The position numbers were made by a program, and so were the translations under genes. DNA of 64,000 nucleotides from Candidatus Pyrohabitans jungbluthii (GTDB lineage: Archaea > Hydrothermarchaeota > Hydrothermarchaeia > Hydrothermarchaeales > BMS3B), in the NCBI GenBank assembly GCA_002010065.2, contig MTMD02000008.1:288001-352000 (forward strand), in the 5' to 3' direction. This document shows, piece after piece, positions 9,844 to 19,188 of this stretch; the first letter of the stretch is position 1; every line of letters starts with the position of its first letter. The notes below the pieces were generated by a model. That model made no database searches, was not told the DNA's origin, and saw nothing but the letters and a program-made list of their open reading frames with translations.

Positions 9844-9906
9844 TTACCCGCAACCGCAGGTTGCGGCATGACGAAGTTACCAAGAGCTTCGCTCCGGGTA
9901 ACGAAG
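9843..9906. repeat. Two-unit palindromic repeat between convergent genes
   Basis: GTTACCC-GCAACC-GCA-GGTTGC-GGCATGAC-GAA-GTTACCAA-GAGC-TTC-GCTC-CGGGTAAC-GAAG. Shares the TGACGAAGTTACC core with the reverse complement of the 46064-46176 array. Confidence 0.8.
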
Positions 9907-10356
9907 CTACTCCATTACCCGAACCACATCTATCCCACTCTTTTTCAAAACCTCTATGCCGTGCTTGTCGCTGTAGTCCGCGAACACAACCACTCGCTTA
10001 ATGCCCGAGTTTACTATAGCAAGAGCGCACCAGAAGCACGGGTCAACCTGGGTGTAAAGAGTCCCGTCCTTGATGCTCACCCCGTGGTAGGCTGCGTTGA
10101 TAATAGCGTTCATCTCCGCGTGCACAGAGGGACAGGAGTAGTCTATTACGCCTGAAGGTATGCCGTACTTATCCTTGTAGCACGGCACCTCGTCGCCACA
10201 GTTCTCCCACCCGCGGGGCGCACCGTTGTAACCCGTCGCCACGATGCGATCGTCCTTTACGATTATCGCTCCCAGCTTTCGCCTCGAGCATGCGCTTCTC
10301 GAGGCTATTGCATCGATAATCTTCTTGTACATCTCTATCTTTGTGGCTCTTCCCAT
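9907..10356 (-). CDS. dCMP deaminase (ComEB/cytidine deaminase family)
   Basis: GAIIVKD..IVATGYNGAP, HAEMNAI and DPCFWC zinc motifs. Confidence 0.9.
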   Translation of the reverse strand: MGRATKIEMYKKIIDAIASRSACSRRKLGAIIVKDDRIVATGYNGAPRGWENCGDEVPCYKDKYGIPSGVIDYSCPSVHAEMNAIINAAYHGVSIKDGTLYTQVDPCFWCALAIVNSGIKRVVVFADYSDKHGIEVLKKSGIDVVRVME

Positions 10357-10360
10357 GCTA

Positions 10361-11515
10361 TCACCCGTAATTTTCTAAAGCCTTTTCAATTCTATCCATT
10401 GCCTCGGCAATATTCTCCAGAGAGTTGGCATAGGATATGCGGAGGTGCCCCTCGCCACGCCTGCCGAAGGCAGCGCCAGGGGTAACCGCAACCTTCGCGG
10501 TGTCGAGAATATATTCCGCCAGGGCAGAGGAGTCTGTGGAAATCTCACTCACGTCGGGGAAGACATAGTACGCTGCCTTGGGCTCATGGACCTCGAAGCC
10601 GGGGATATCCTTAAGTCTCTTAATAATATACTGCCTGCGCCTGTCGAACTCCGCCTTCATCGCTTTAACCTCGTCGCGAAGAGACAGCGCCACCACGGCG
10701 GCGTGCTGCGCAAAAGAGCTCGGGGAGATATAGAAGTTCTGCTGGAGCTTGAGCACCTGCGCTATTAGCTGCTTCGGTGCAACGACGTAGCCCAGGCGCC
10801 AGCCGGTCATGGCGTAGAGTTTGGAGAAACCGTCCAGCATAACAGAGCGCTCATAGCCTGCTTTGAGGATGCTTGGGCTTCGCTCTGCATCGTAGACTAA
10901 GCCCGAGTATATTTCATCGCTTATAACCCAAGCTTCAGCCTCGGAGGCAACTTCGCATAGCGCGCGAAGCTCTTCCATGGTGAGGTATGTACCAGTGGGG
11001 TTGGCTGGGGTGTTTATGAGTATCGCCTTTGTGCGCCTGCTGAGCTTCTCCTTAAACTCTTCCAGGTCAAGGGAATAATCCTCTCGCAGGTTTACGCTCA
11101 CAGGCTTGGCGTCGAAAAAACGAATAAAGTTGGGGTAGCACGGGTAGCTTGGATCTGTGATGAGCACTTCATCTCCGGGCTCAAGGAGAGAGGCGAGCAC
11201 AAACTGCAGCGCCAAGCTAACGCCGCCCGTAACGAGTACCTCCTGCGATGGATCCACCTCAACGCCCAGAGTTTCAGATATATGCTCACTAATCGCCTCT
11301 CTAAGTTCGCGGATTCCTCTCGCATCGGTGTAGTGGGTATCCCCACGCTGCATTGCCCTGTACGCCTCATCCACCACCTTTTTAGGCGTTGGAAAGTCAG
11401 GTTCGCCTATCTCCAAATGGATAACCCTCTCGCTCTGCCTCTCAAGACGCTGCGCCTTTGCCAAGATTTCCATCACCTGAAAGGGCTCAATCTGAAGCAC
11501 TCGCCTTGAGAACAT
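10361..11515 (-). CDS. PLP-dependent class I/II aminotransferase (aspartate aminotransferase-like)
   Basis: IGEPDF, NTPANPTG, SDEIY, FSKLYAMTGWRLG (PLP lysine) and LRISYA motifs. Confidence 0.93.
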   Translation of the reverse strand: MFSRRVLQIEPFQVMEILAKAQRLERQSERVIHLEIGEPDFPTPKKVVDEAYRAMQRGDTHYTDARGIRELREAISEHISETLGVEVDPSQEVLVTGGVSLALQFVLASLLEPGDEVLITDPSYPCYPNFIRFFDAKPVSVNLREDYSLDLEEFKEKLSRRTKAILINTPANPTGTYLTMEELRALCEVASEAEAWVISDEIYSGLVYDAERSPSILKAGYERSVMLDGFSKLYAMTGWRLGYVVAPKQLIAQVLKLQQNFYISPSSFAQHAAVVALSLRDEVKAMKAEFDRRRQYIIKRLKDIPGFEVHEPKAAYYVFPDVSEISTDSSALAEYILDTAKVAVTPGAAFGRRGEGHLRISYANSLENIAEAMDRIEKALENYG

Positions 11516-11516
11516 G

Positions 11517-13421
11517 CTACTTCCTCCTGCGCAACGCGTCTATCTTCTCGCCCACGTAGGCTTCGTCTCTGCCCGTCTTCATCGGCTTAACCTGCGACCT
11601 TCTCTTCAGAAGCCTTTTTAACCTCTCTACCTCTATTCTGAACAGCTCCACCTCCTCGCATACCTCCGCATAGCGACGCTCCAGCTCACTTTTCGCCACC
11701 TTTTCTTTCGAAAGCTCTGCCTTGAGGTCTTTAAGCTTTTTCTCTGCGTCTATCCTCAGTCTCCTTTCATTGATTAGTTCCTTTTTAATATTCTCCTCGA
11801 GCGTTAGCTTTTCTGCAAGAACCTCTTCGATTCTAGCTTTTAGCGAATATATAACCTCTTTTTTATCCTTCAATTCCTTCTCAAGTCTTTCATTTTCCTT
11901 CATCACCTGCTTTAGCCTGCTCAACTCCTCCTCTGTGGCATCCTTTTCCTTCAGAAGTTTTTCAATTTGACTTTTTAATCCGTTGATCTCCCCATCTTTT
12001 TCTTTTAGCTTTGCATTTATGGCAGCAATAGTTTTTTCAAGCTTAGCTTTTTCTGATTCTTCTTCTTTCAATACACCCTCAATTTTGCTTTTTTCTATTT
12101 CCGCAGCCTTTCTCAAATCTTTTTCTCTCTTTATCTCCTCTTTCAATCTGTGCAGTTCCTCTGCAAGTGCTGATTTTTCTTTTTCTAGCTTTTCAAGCTT
12201 TTTATGCATTTTTTTAGACTCTATTTTTAAATTCTCTATTTCTGATTTGAGGGCACTTTTTTCCTCCTCAAGAAGCACAAGCTCTTTCTCAAGCTTCTCA
12301 GCGCTTTTTATTTTCTTCTCTGCCTCTTTAAGCCGCTTTTCAGCCCGCTCAAGCTCTGCAGTGCGCTTTCTGAGCTCCTCCCTGAGTTTCCGCTTTTCAG
12401 CGTCGTCCTCCTCCGGAATGTAGTCTCTGAAGTCTTCCTCCAGAGCAAGAAATAGCTTTTTTCTCGCCTCTGTGGCAGAGTTTAGTATGCTGAGGTAATC
12501 TTCGCGCAGAGATAGTATTCTGCTGTAGCTGTTGAATCTTTCCCCCAGTGCCTCAGCGCGCTTTCGAAGTTCTTCAAGGCTCTTCTCAAGCTCTCTTTCT
12601 TTTTCTACAGCCTCTTTAAGCTCCTCCCTGAGACCTTCGCAGGTGCTGGATGCGCGCTCAACTTTGCGCTTCTCTTCCTCGAGCTTTGCAAGCTTTCTCC
12701 TCTCCTCCTCAAGGAGTGGAGGAATCTTCCTCGCCCCCTCGTCTGCAAGCTCTTTTATTGCATGCCGTAAGGGATCTTTATTCAACACCAGCCCAGTGAT
12801 TCTTATTCTCTCATGGTAGCCAGGGTCCTTAATAAGGTGCTCAAAAAGCACTTCCAGAGGCAGCTCCTCTCCAGCATCGCTGTAAACTCTGCAACCGCGA
12901 AGCAGACGACGAGCTTCTATCAAGAAGCTGTCCCTTATCTCAGCCAGCCTTTCATCTGTCTGGGCTCTTATCTCAGCTACCTTCTTCTCGTACGCATCTC
13001 TGAGCTTCTCTGCCTTATCGCATGCCCTTTGCACCTGCAGCTCAAGCTCCTGGCGATGCCCCTTATGAATTCCCAGCTTCCTCTCCTTTAACCTTATCTC
13101 CTCGGCGAGTTCCAGGTAGAGACGCAGCTTCTCTACGTCGTCTTCAACCGCCTGAGAGAACTTTTCAATCGCAGAGCCAACCTTCTGCATCGCCCCGTCG
13201 AAAAAGTCACGCCTCTCTGGAACAAGACGCATGGCAGAGGTGCAAACAAGGTCAAGATAGCGCTTAGTCTCTGCCGCAAGAACAGAGAGTTCAGCAAGAG
13301 AACTTTCAAGGCTTTCGCTGGCGGAGCGATGCTCTTTCAGAGCTTCCACGCTTTCGACGAGTTTGAACCAGCTTTCTGGAAGGCTCCTAAACTCCTCAGG
13401 GGGTAAAAATTCTGTGCCCAT
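11517..13421 (-). CDS. Uncharacterised long coiled-coil protein A (634 aa), paralog of the neighbour
   Basis: E/K/L/R-rich heptads throughout, with no Walker A/B and no TM segment. Aligns with 13437-15005 over about the first 350 aa. Confidence 0.85.
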   Translation of the reverse strand: MGTEFLPPEEFRSLPESWFKLVESVEALKEHRSASESLESSLAELSVLAAETKRYLDLVCTSAMRLVPERRDFFDGAMQKVGSAIEKFSQAVEDDVEKLRLYLELAEEIRLKERKLGIHKGHRQELELQVQRACDKAEKLRDAYEKKVAEIRAQTDERLAEIRDSFLIEARRLLRGCRVYSDAGEELPLEVLFEHLIKDPGYHERIRITGLVLNKDPLRHAIKELADEGARKIPPLLEEERRKLAKLEEEKRKVERASSTCEGLREELKEAVEKERELEKSLEELRKRAEALGERFNSYSRILSLREDYLSILNSATEARKKLFLALEEDFRDYIPEEDDAEKRKLREELRKRTAELERAEKRLKEAEKKIKSAEKLEKELVLLEEEKSALKSEIENLKIESKKMHKKLEKLEKEKSALAEELHRLKEEIKREKDLRKAAEIEKSKIEGVLKEEESEKAKLEKTIAAINAKLKEKDGEINGLKSQIEKLLKEKDATEEELSRLKQVMKENERLEKELKDKKEVIYSLKARIEEVLAEKLTLEENIKKELINERRLRIDAEKKLKDLKAELSKEKVAKSELERRYAEVCEEVELFRIEVERLKRLLKRRSQVKPMKTGRDEAYVGEKIDALRRRK

Positions 13422-13436
13422 AATAACAGCAATGCC

Positions 13437-15005
13437 TTAGCTCCTGATTTTCTCAAGTATATCGAGCAGAGACCTCTCAACCTCAGCCCTGAGGCGGGCA
13501 ATTTCCTCCTCAAGTGCTTTCACTCTGCTCTTTTCCTCTTCAAGCTCTTTCTCGAGTTTTGCCTTCTCATCCTCAAGCTTCTCAGAGGCATTTGTAAACT
13601 TCTCCAGCTCTGCCCTGAGATTCTCAACTTCCCCAGCTAGCCTCAGATTCTCTTCCTTAAGAATTTCAGCTTTCTCCGACTCCCTCCGGCGGAATTCCTC
13701 ATACTCCTTCTCCAGCTCTGAAAGCTTCCTTTCCAGCTCTGAGTTCTTATCCTTTAGACTCGCTATGATGCTATTCCTATCCTCAAGTTCTCTGGCGTAC
13801 CTGCTCACCTTCTCCTTCAGCGCCTCCCTCTCCTCTTTCAAGCTTTCCAGCTGTGAAGCGAGTTTTTGCATCTCCTTCTCAAGCTCTCCTATTCTGGAGA
13901 GCAGGCGCCTCTTCTCAGGGTCGTGCTCTATCTCGAGGTCTCCGAATGTTGCTGCGATGTACTCAAGAAAACCTCTTATCTCAGGGTCAATAGAGTCGAA
14001 GACAGAGGTGAACTCCTCTTTTATTGACAGAATCTCATTGTAATCATCAAAATTTCTGTTTATCCTCTCCTCAAACTGTGCTATCTTATCCTCAAGCTCA
14101 TTTCTGTAATTTTCGAGTTCCTCTCTGCGCTTTTCCACATCTCTGCACGCTTTCTCCAAAGAGTCCAGGTCAGCGAACTCCCTGCTGAGGTTGCGCGCAT
14201 TCTCCATCTCCACCTCTTTTATTCGCCTAGCCTCTTCGATGAGCTCCTGGGCTATGTACCTGAGCACCTCCAGCCTCGCCTCCTCCCCAAGCCCCTCGCG
14301 CTTTAGCCTTATTCCCAGGAAGCTCCGCGAAGGCCTAGCCTCGCGAAGGTATACCTTCTCAATCGCGCTAGGGTCGCGAAGCATAGCCTTAAAGAGCTGC
14401 TCTGGCGTTGTGGGCTCACCCGCATAGTAAAGCTCGTAGTCCCCCACAATGCCAGTAGCCTTTTCCTCAAACTTCGCCTGGAGATCGTACAACCCCTTTT
14501 CCACCCGCGCCTTAATCTTCTCCTTCGCAAGCTTAAGCTCGCGCTGCCTCTCAAAGAACCTCGTGCACAGTGTCGCGACGCGAGCATCCACTTCTTTAAA
14601 TTCTTTATTTATCTTCCCTATTTCCTCCCTCAGCGCAGAAACTTCTCGCTTAATTGCAATGAACTTCTCAAGCTTCTCAAGCTCCTCCTTAACCTTAGAT
14701 GCCAGATCCTTCAAACCCTGCTCTATGCCCGCGGTTCTGTGGTCCACCTCGGCGCGAATCTCCGGCATGTGCCTCTTCGCTGAGCGCGCAAGCACATCAA
14801 GCTCAGTTAACAGATGTTCGAGATTTTTATTTATCTCAGCCAAAGTGCGTCTGAACGCAGGCTGCTCACCTGAGCTGAACTCTGCGATAGCGTCTATTTG
14901 CCTAGCTACCGCGTACCACTCCTCCTTAAAATCAGCACACCGCCTCTCAAGCTCAGCTGGTGATAATAACGCGTCGGTCACTCTCTCCCTCACATCCTTT
15001 TTCAA
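13437..15005 (-). CDS. Uncharacterised long coiled-coil protein B (522 aa)
   Basis: Heptad-rich with no ATPase motifs; TTG start; central non-coiled insert YYAGEPTTPEQLFKAMLRDP...SRSFLGIRLK. Confidence 0.85.
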   Translation of the reverse strand: MKKDVRERVTDALLSPAELERRCADFKEEWYAVARQIDAIAEFSSGEQPAFRRTLAEINKNLEHLLTELDVLARSAKRHMPEIRAEVDHRTAGIEQGLKDLASKVKEELEKLEKFIAIKREVSALREEIGKINKEFKEVDARVATLCTRFFERQRELKLAKEKIKARVEKGLYDLQAKFEEKATGIVGDYELYYAGEPTTPEQLFKAMLRDPSAIEKVYLREARPSRSFLGIRLKREGLGEEARLEVLRYIAQELIEEARRIKEVEMENARNLSREFADLDSLEKACRDVEKRREELENYRNELEDKIAQFEERINRNFDDYNEILSIKEEFTSVFDSIDPEIRGFLEYIAATFGDLEIEHDPEKRRLLSRIGELEKEMQKLASQLESLKEEREALKEKVSRYARELEDRNSIIASLKDKNSELERKLSELEKEYEEFRRRESEKAEILKEENLRLAGEVENLRAELEKFTNASEKLEDEKAKLEKELEEEKSRVKALEEEIARLRAEVERSLLDILEKIRS

Positions 15006-15061
15006 TTAGGTGGTAAGCAGAAATATATATACGTTTAGGTAGAGTAAAATAGGGTGGGATA

Positions 15062-16276
15062 ATGGGAGAAGTTATCGCAAGCTACAGAATAGACGCAGAT
15101 GACATAAAAGTAGCTGCCCGCGCAATAGCAATGGAGCAGAGCACGGGCACGTGGACGAAGGTTAGCACCGCCACGCAGGAGATTCACGAGAAGTACGGCG
15201 CCAAGGTTGTGGAGGTGGATGAGGAGGCGAAGGTTGCAAAGATCGCATTTCCCGTGGAGGATTTCAGCCTGGAGATAGGCGGCATACCCAACATCCTGAG
15301 TATAATCGCAGGCAACCTCTTCGGCTTGCGGGAAGTTCGCGCTGTTAAGCTTCTCGATGTCGAATTTCCCCGCGAGATTGTAACCTTTTTCCAGGGACCC
15401 AACTTCGGCATAGAAGGTGTGAGGAAGCTTGTGGGAACCTCGCAAACGAAGCGCCCGCACGTGGGCACAATTATAAAGCCCAAGATAGGCCTGCCCCCTG
15501 AGCGCTTTGCAGAAGTTGCATATGAGGCTGCGATGGGCGGCTTGGACTTTATCAAGGACGATGAAACCCTGGCGAATCAGGATTTCTGCCCTCTTGAGGA
15601 TAGGGTATCCCGCACCATGGAGGCGCTGGACAGGGCAAAGGAGGAGACGGGCAAAACCTGCCTCTATGCCGTCAACGTCACCAGCGAAGACATAGTTGAG
15701 ACTGCACAGCTTGCCGTGGACAATGGCGCCAATTGTTTGATGATCGACGTCCTTACATGCGGCTTTCCCGGGCTGAGGGCGCTTAACAGAAACTTCAAGC
15801 TTCCCATACATGTGCACCGCACAATGCATGGAGCAATAACGCGAATGAAGAACCACGGCATCGCTATGCTGGTGTTCGCCAAGCTTGTACGCTTAGCGGG
15901 TGGAGACCAGCTCCATGTGGGCTGCGCCATGGGTAAAATGGAGAGTGAGAACTTCCAGGCGAACTACAATGCGCTTAGAAGCGAGTGGTACGGCTTAAAG
16001 CCGGTGTTCCCAGTCTGCTCCGGCGGCGTTCACCCCGGCTACGTGGAGGGCAATGTCAGAGCTGGAGGCACGGATATAGTGATTCAGGCAGGAGGCGGCG
16101 TGCACGGGCATCCTCTGGGAACGAGAGCGGGAGCTAAAGCGATGATGCAGGCGGTGGAGGCTGTGATGAAGGGCATTCCTTTAGAGGAATACGCCAAGGA
16201 GCATGAGGAGCTGAGGCTTGCGCTGGAGAAGTGGGGTACGCAGCAAATCACGAGGTACTACAGTGAGGAAATGTAG
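15062..16276 (+). CDS. rbcL: RuBisCO large subunit, archaeal form III-type
   Basis: All catalytic motifs present: EQSTGTWT, AGNLFG, GTIIKPKIG, GGLDFIKDDE (carbamylated Lys), HVHRTMHG, LHVG..GKME (loop-6 Lys), SGG, GGGVHGHP. Confidence 0.92.
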   Translation: MGEVIASYRIDADDIKVAARAIAMEQSTGTWTKVSTATQEIHEKYGAKVVEVDEEAKVAKIAFPVEDFSLEIGGIPNILSIIAGNLFGLREVRAVKLLDVEFPREIVTFFQGPNFGIEGVRKLVGTSQTKRPHVGTIIKPKIGLPPERFAEVAYEAAMGGLDFIKDDETLANQDFCPLEDRVSRTMEALDRAKEETGKTCLYAVNVTSEDIVETAQLAVDNGANCLMIDVLTCGFPGLRALNRNFKLPIHVHRTMHGAITRMKNHGIAMLVFAKLVRLAGGDQLHVGCAMGKMESENFQANYNALRSEWYGLKPVFPVCSGGVHPGYVEGNVRAGGTDIVIQAGGGVHGHPLGTRAGAKAMMQAVEAVMKGIPLEEYAKEHEELRLALEKWGTQQITRYYSEEM

Positions 16277-16957
16277 ATGGAGTTTCTTATTAAACTCATT
16301 CTCGCCCTGCTGGTGCTCTTCTACGCCTCTCTGCTCGACTGGCGGTATCGCGAGATAAACGATGCCTCCTGGTTAGCGCTGGTTTTCATGGGCATTGTGT
16401 TCATAGCTGTAGACGTTGCAAGAACTGGAGTTACAACCCCGCTCCTCTACTTTCTGATTTCTGTAGGTGTAACCTCTGCGCTCATGCTTGCGTTCTCCTA
16501 TTTTAACCTTCTCGGAGGCGGCGATGCGAAGATATTCATCGGCATAGCATCGCTATTCCCCTACTACCACCGCGAGGTAACGACGGTTTTTCCAATCTTC
16601 GCCCTCTCCGTCTTTGCAAACGCGATAACACTTTCGCTCGCTTTGCCGGTGTACTTCTTCTTGAGGAATCTTCCTCATCTTAAGCGGGTGAGGAGCGCTA
16701 AGGAGTTTTACGCCCTATTTCTGGGCTACAAAAAGAATGCCTCTGAGATCAAGCCCTATGAGGCGGTTTATGGCAACGGAAAGAGCTTCACCTTCCTTCT
16801 CCGCACAGATGCTGAGCTGGGAAAGGCTGAAGGAGAAGGTGAAGTGTGGGTAACGCCGGCGGTGCCATTTGTAATCCCGATAACTATTAGTGTGCTGCTA
16901 AGCGCGCTGTACGGTGATATAATAAGTGCGATTATACTATTTCTGAGAGGAAGCTAA
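16277..16957 (+). CDS. A24 family prepilin/prearchaellin peptidase (FlaK/PibD-like)
   Basis: YASLLDWRYREI (first Asp), GGGDAK (GxGD) and C-terminal VWVTPAVPFVIPI. Confidence 0.88.
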   Translation: MEFLIKLILALLVLFYASLLDWRYREINDASWLALVFMGIVFIAVDVARTGVTTPLLYFLISVGVTSALMLAFSYFNLLGGGDAKIFIGIASLFPYYHREVTTVFPIFALSVFANAITLSLALPVYFFLRNLPHLKRVRSAKEFYALFLGYKKNASEIKPYEAVYGNGKSFTFLLRTDAELGKAEGEGEVWVTPAVPFVIPITISVLLSALYGDIISAIILFLRGS

Positions 16958-16981
16958 TTATATGTCCGGAGGGGTAATATA

Positions 16982-18532
16982 TTGGCGAGGGAGATGAACA
17001 GCACCGCCAGAGATATTGCCACAATCCTCGCCAGCCTAATAGTACTCATCTTGGCAAGCACACTGTTAATAATGAAGTTCGAGAACCTCTCTCTCCTCGA
17101 CGCCTTCTATTTTGTAATAGTTACCATAACCACTGTAGGCTACGGCGACATAACCCCAGCCACCACCGAAGGGAGGATAGTAAGCCTGGTGCTCATAATT
17201 TTCGGCGTGTTCTCTGTTCTTGCCATTATCCCGGTCATATCCTCTCACCTCATCCAGCGGGGCATAAGCCGTACCCTTGGCATCGCCGGAATTAAGCGCC
17301 TGAAAGACCACATCATTATCTTTAAATATAACGACCTTGCGGAGCAGGCCATTCAGGAAATAAAAAGCTATGGAATACCCTTTATAGTAATCGAGGATGA
17401 CGCTGAGGTGCTGAGGAAACTTCAGGAGCTTGACCTGCCCTTCGTTGCCGGCGATGCCACGGATGAAAGGATACTCAGGAAAGCCAGCGCTGATGCTGCC
17501 CTGGGGATAATACTCACATCTCGAAAGGATGCGGAGAACGCTTTCGTAGCTATGGCTGCCAAGGAGCTCAACCCATCGCTAATCGCCGCCGCCAGGCTGG
17601 AAAAACCTGAGGATGCCAAGCTGCTTAAGAGGGCGGGGATAGACTACCTTGTCGACCCGCGTGAAGCAGCGCTTAACTTGCTGGTTAGGAGTGTGCTCTC
17701 CCCCTACAGCGCCGAGTTCCTGGACAGGATGTCCATCTTCAGGGGGATAAGCCTGGGGCAGTACAGGGTGTGTGGCGATTCTCCTGTAGCCGGAAAGAGG
17801 ATCGCTGAAACTAGGCTCAGGAGCAAGACGGGAGCAAGTATAGTAGCAGTGTGGAAGAAAGACACGCTCATCACCAACCCCCCTGCGGAGATGCTGCTTG
17901 AGGCTGGCGACGTGCTTCTCCTGCTGGGCACAAAAGAGCAACTTAAAAAGGCTAAAAGGCTTATAGAGAGGAAGACGAGAAGGAGAGTTAAGGTAGGGGA
18001 AGTAGAGGAGTCACGGGAGAGCGAAGCCCCTGAAGTTAGGGCGAGGTTCTCCAGGGTTATCTTCAACTCGGCTCTAATTTTCATGCTCCTCATAGCCTCG
18101 GTTGTGCTACTTCCCTACCTCTCGCGGATTTTTGAGGTTCTTCCCTACTCGATTGCAAGCTTCATGGGCACCCTACTTCCCCTTGCACTCTGGCTCGCGA
18201 TACTCGGCTTAACTCTAAAAATGCTGGAAGACCTCAAAGTGATTATCTCAATCTTCTCAGGCATCCTCACCTCCGCTGCTCCGGGAATACAGCGCAAGAA
18301 GGACTTGAACCGCGCCATGAAGGACATCACCTACGCCGCCCTTCTTGGCATTGCCTTCGCTGCGGTCGCCCCATTCTTATCCGGCATACCTAGGGCAAAG
18401 GCGGCGCTGACATACGTTGGCTTCGCAATTTCAGTACTCTTCCTCTACGACGCGGGCAGGATACTCTACAGCTACCTTCAGGGAATAGCAGGTCTCATAG
18501 CCGAAAAGATTGCACGCGAGGTTGAGAGATGA
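16982..18532 (+). CDS. Potassium channel (2TM pore + RCK N/C) with an extra C-terminal 4-TM domain
   Basis: TITTVGYGD selectivity filter, TrkA-N and TrkA-C domains, then four more hydrophobic helices. Start is TTG 16982 or ATG 16994. Confidence 0.9.
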   Translation: MAREMNSTARDIATILASLIVLILASTLLIMKFENLSLLDAFYFVIVTITTVGYGDITPATTEGRIVSLVLIIFGVFSVLAIIPVISSHLIQRGISRTLGIAGIKRLKDHIIIFKYNDLAEQAIQEIKSYGIPFIVIEDDAEVLRKLQELDLPFVAGDATDERILRKASADAALGIILTSRKDAENAFVAMAAKELNPSLIAAARLEKPEDAKLLKRAGIDYLVDPREAALNLLVRSVLSPYSAEFLDRMSIFRGISLGQYRVCGDSPVAGKRIAETRLRSKTGASIVAVWKKDTLITNPPAEMLLEAGDVLLLLGTKEQLKKAKRLIERKTRRRVKVGEVEESRESEAPEVRARFSRVIFNSALIFMLLIASVVLLPYLSRIFEVLPYSIASFMGTLLPLALWLAILGLTLKMLEDLKVIISIFSGILTSAAPGIQRKKDLNRAMKDITYAALLGIAFAAVAPFLSGIPRAKAALTYVGFAISVLFLYDAGRILYSYLQGIAGLIAEKIAREVER

Positions 18533-19188
18533 AGAACCACATAATAATATGTGGCTACGGCTATCACGGCAGGAGAATCGCCGAAGCGCTGGAAAAAGAG
18601 AAGATTCCCCACGTTATTATAGACCTCACCGCTGAGGATGAGAAAGAGAACCTGATAAAGGGCGATGCCAAGGATGAGGAGAATCTGCTCAAGGCTGGAA
18701 TAAAGGAGGCGAAGGAGATTGTGATTGCGGTGAGCAACGACATTGATGCTGTGTTCATATCCCTGCTCGCAAGAAACCTTAACCCCGACATCAGGATAGT
18801 GGCAAAGGCAGACAGGCTTGACTCCATGAAGAAGATCTACATGGCTGGGGCTAACAAGGTTATTTCCCCCTACGTTATAGGGGGGAGGCTTTTAGCAAGG
18901 GCAGTTGCTAAGCCTCTCGTAGCTGAGTTCTTTAAGCGGGTAACAATCGCCAAGGACTTAGAGGTGGCGCAGGTCGCGATAGGTGCAGAGTCGAAGTTCG
19001 CAGGCAAGAAAATCAGGGACATGGACCTCGCCTCTCGCGGCTTGGCTATTCTTGCAGTTTACCGCGCCGGGGAGCTGATACCTAACCCACCGGCTGATTT
19101 TCTGGTGGAGGAAGGCGACCATCTGATAATCCTGGGCAGCAACGAGGAGATAATGAAGCTCAGGAGCAGGGAAAAGCTTCTTGGCTAA
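18529..19188 (+). CDS. TrkA/RCK domain protein (stand-alone gating-ring subunit)
   Basis: HIIICGYGYHG (GxGxxG), GDAKDE, AGANKVISP and a TrkA-C domain. ATGA overlap with the channel stop. Confidence 0.9.
   Translation: MKNHIIICGYGYHGRRIAEALEKEKIPHVIIDLTAEDEKENLIKGDAKDEENLLKAGIKEAKEIVIAVSNDIDAVFISLLARNLNPDIRIVAKADRLDSMKKIYMAGANKVISPYVIGGRLLARAVAKPLVAEFFKRVTIAKDLEVAQVAIGAESKFAGKKIRDMDLASRGLAILAVYRAGELIPNPPADFLVEEGDHLIILGSNEEIMKLRSREKLLG

Noticed and set aside
11517-15005. SMC/Rad50 or a frameshifted single gene
   Set aside because: No Walker A/B, signature, hinge or CxxC hook. The two ORFs are paralogous to each other from their N-termini, and a genuine smc lies at 62-64 kb.
15062-16276. RuBisCO-like protein (form IV) in methionine salvage, with MtnA at 8917
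   Set aside because: Catalytic residues of true RuBisCO (KPK, KDDE, HR, loop-6 Lys) are all present, and the isomerase has R15Pi-type motifs ([14 protein letters not shown]).
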